Shown piece after piece: positions 62,920-64,000 of a stretch of DNA of 64,000 nucleotides (within the stretch, counting starts at the first letter, position 1; each line of letters starts with the position of its first letter). Source of the DNA: Dipteris shenzhenensis (Eukaryota); assembly GCA_047967505.1 (NCBI GenBank), contig CM106538.1. One strand, 5' to 3'. A program made the translations under genes and the position numbers. The notes beneath the pieces were generated by a model. It did not search any database and was not told where the DNA came from. It saw only the letters and a list, made by a program, of their open reading frames with translations.

Positions 62920-64000
62920 TATGTTCACTGGTCGTTCTCCCTTAAAGGCACATTGTCCTTTAAGTGGGAGGTTGTGGGGGTTAAAGGTCACTGTGCCTTT
63001 ACCCCGGTTATGTACAATACTCAAACACATATATAAATGAATGAAAAAGAAGATTAGGGTGGTTCTGCACCCACCAAAACTTGTGTGGCTCTCTGTCTCT
63101 CTCTCTCTCCTTCTTCCGTTCTTGCTTCCATTGAGAGCACTCTCAAATTGTGGGGTAACTTTTCCACTAGTAAGGTGTTCCCAAGTAAGGGTTCATTTGT
63201 TGCACATACTCCTTCTAGTCCCTCAGGGGACCATTTAAGAGGCGATGGTTCTAATTTTGAGGGAGCTGGCTTTGTGAGATATAATTCAACGATCCTTGTT
63301 TGGACTCGTTCAAATTCATTGATGTGTTCAGCCTTTCCTTTTCTGCGATTTCCTCTTTCGTCTTTCTTGTGGGATCTTCTTCTGTTATTCAACTTTGGAG
63401 GTTCAATTTTTGGGAGCTCGACTGCCATTAGGGCATGAAGAATGGCTAGGTCATTGTCAAACATCTGATCTTCAATTTCAACATTCTCAGCCTCAGTTTC
63501 AAGGTTTCAAGGGATATCAGAGTCATCATTGGTATGGGTCCTTGCTTCAGTTTCTATCAATACTTTGTGGGGCCAAGTCATGGATTGGGTCTTCAGCTTG
63601 TTTCTCAGCCTCAGATTGATCTTGTTCCTTTTGTACCCAATTTTGAAGTGCCTGAAAATGAGCCTTCTCCACTTCTGCATTTGGGTATGGAGTTTCTTTT
63701 ATTTGAGGCTCAGAAGCTGATGTGGATGAGCTTGGTTGCTCATTGCTTGGCGGAGGTGGAGGCACTTATGCTTTCTTTTTAAGAAGTCACTTTGGTTGGA
63801 TTGGAATGTTAGGGTCCTTGGTGGCCTCTTTCTACTGGCATGTAATTACATTCAAAGGTTGTGATACTATGCTTGTTGAACCTAGACTTTGATGGTCCAC
63901 CCCAATGATGCCGATTGGGACATCAGGCTTAACCTCTGTTTGCTGTGGGACCTTATTTTTCATGGGACAATCCATACAGGCATGTCCTATGCCACAATCT

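Larger units (their letters stand above)
57031..63145 (+). mobile_element. Full-length Ty1/Copia element B, same family as A
   Basis: 173-bp LTRs 57031-57203 and 62973-63145 (5 mismatches), TSD AATTG, PBS 57206-57217. Colinear with element A. Confidence 0.97.
46400..64000 (-). mobile_element. Ty3/Gypsy element (non-chromovirus-like), internally deleted, split by two Copia insertions
   Basis: gag zinc knuckle CGIGH...DCP ~63990, spacer 63151-63900 and 56700-57025, RT start (WVSPIAIVPK, DHYPLP, DGFNGYNQ) 56190-56669, integrase 55241-56190. The integrase continues across the TSD at 49327 as AVLLETLDG..NGS*LKRYY. Left boundary uncertain. Confidence 0.82.

Noticed and set aside
63146-63160. Target site aattgtggggtaac resembles the LTR start tgtgggggttaa
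   Set aside because: Short match, and the site of Copia A shows no such resemblance; treated as chance.

Overview
This is a transposon-dense eukaryotic window from a land plant; a non-seed plant such as a fern is my inference, not something the sequence proves. About 85% is nested, mostly decayed mobile DNA: two Ty3/Gypsy elements, five Ty1/Copia elements, a CACTA element, a PIF/Harbinger transposase pseudogene, LINE remnants and microsatellites. One Gypsy carries an extra archaeal-type RNase H; the other carries a 3' coiled-coil/RING-like extra ORF. The only intact host genes are two inverted paralogs (~89% aa identity, 3 exons each) encoding a ~222-aa protein with two ABM/dimeric alpha-beta-barrel-like repeats. 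Both have conserved ABRE/CE3-like promoter clusters. The ORF track misses several structures: a 1212-bp non-autonomous Helitron carrying gene-like cargo with a reconstructable empty site; a six-copy MITE family (two subfamilies, CTCGGGGGGGTCAC-type TIRs, 8-bp TSDs); a 2.4-kb inversion that splits one Copia; and a 106-bp poly(A) retro-insertion with a 12-bp TSD. I saw no rRNA, tRNA or CRISPR array.
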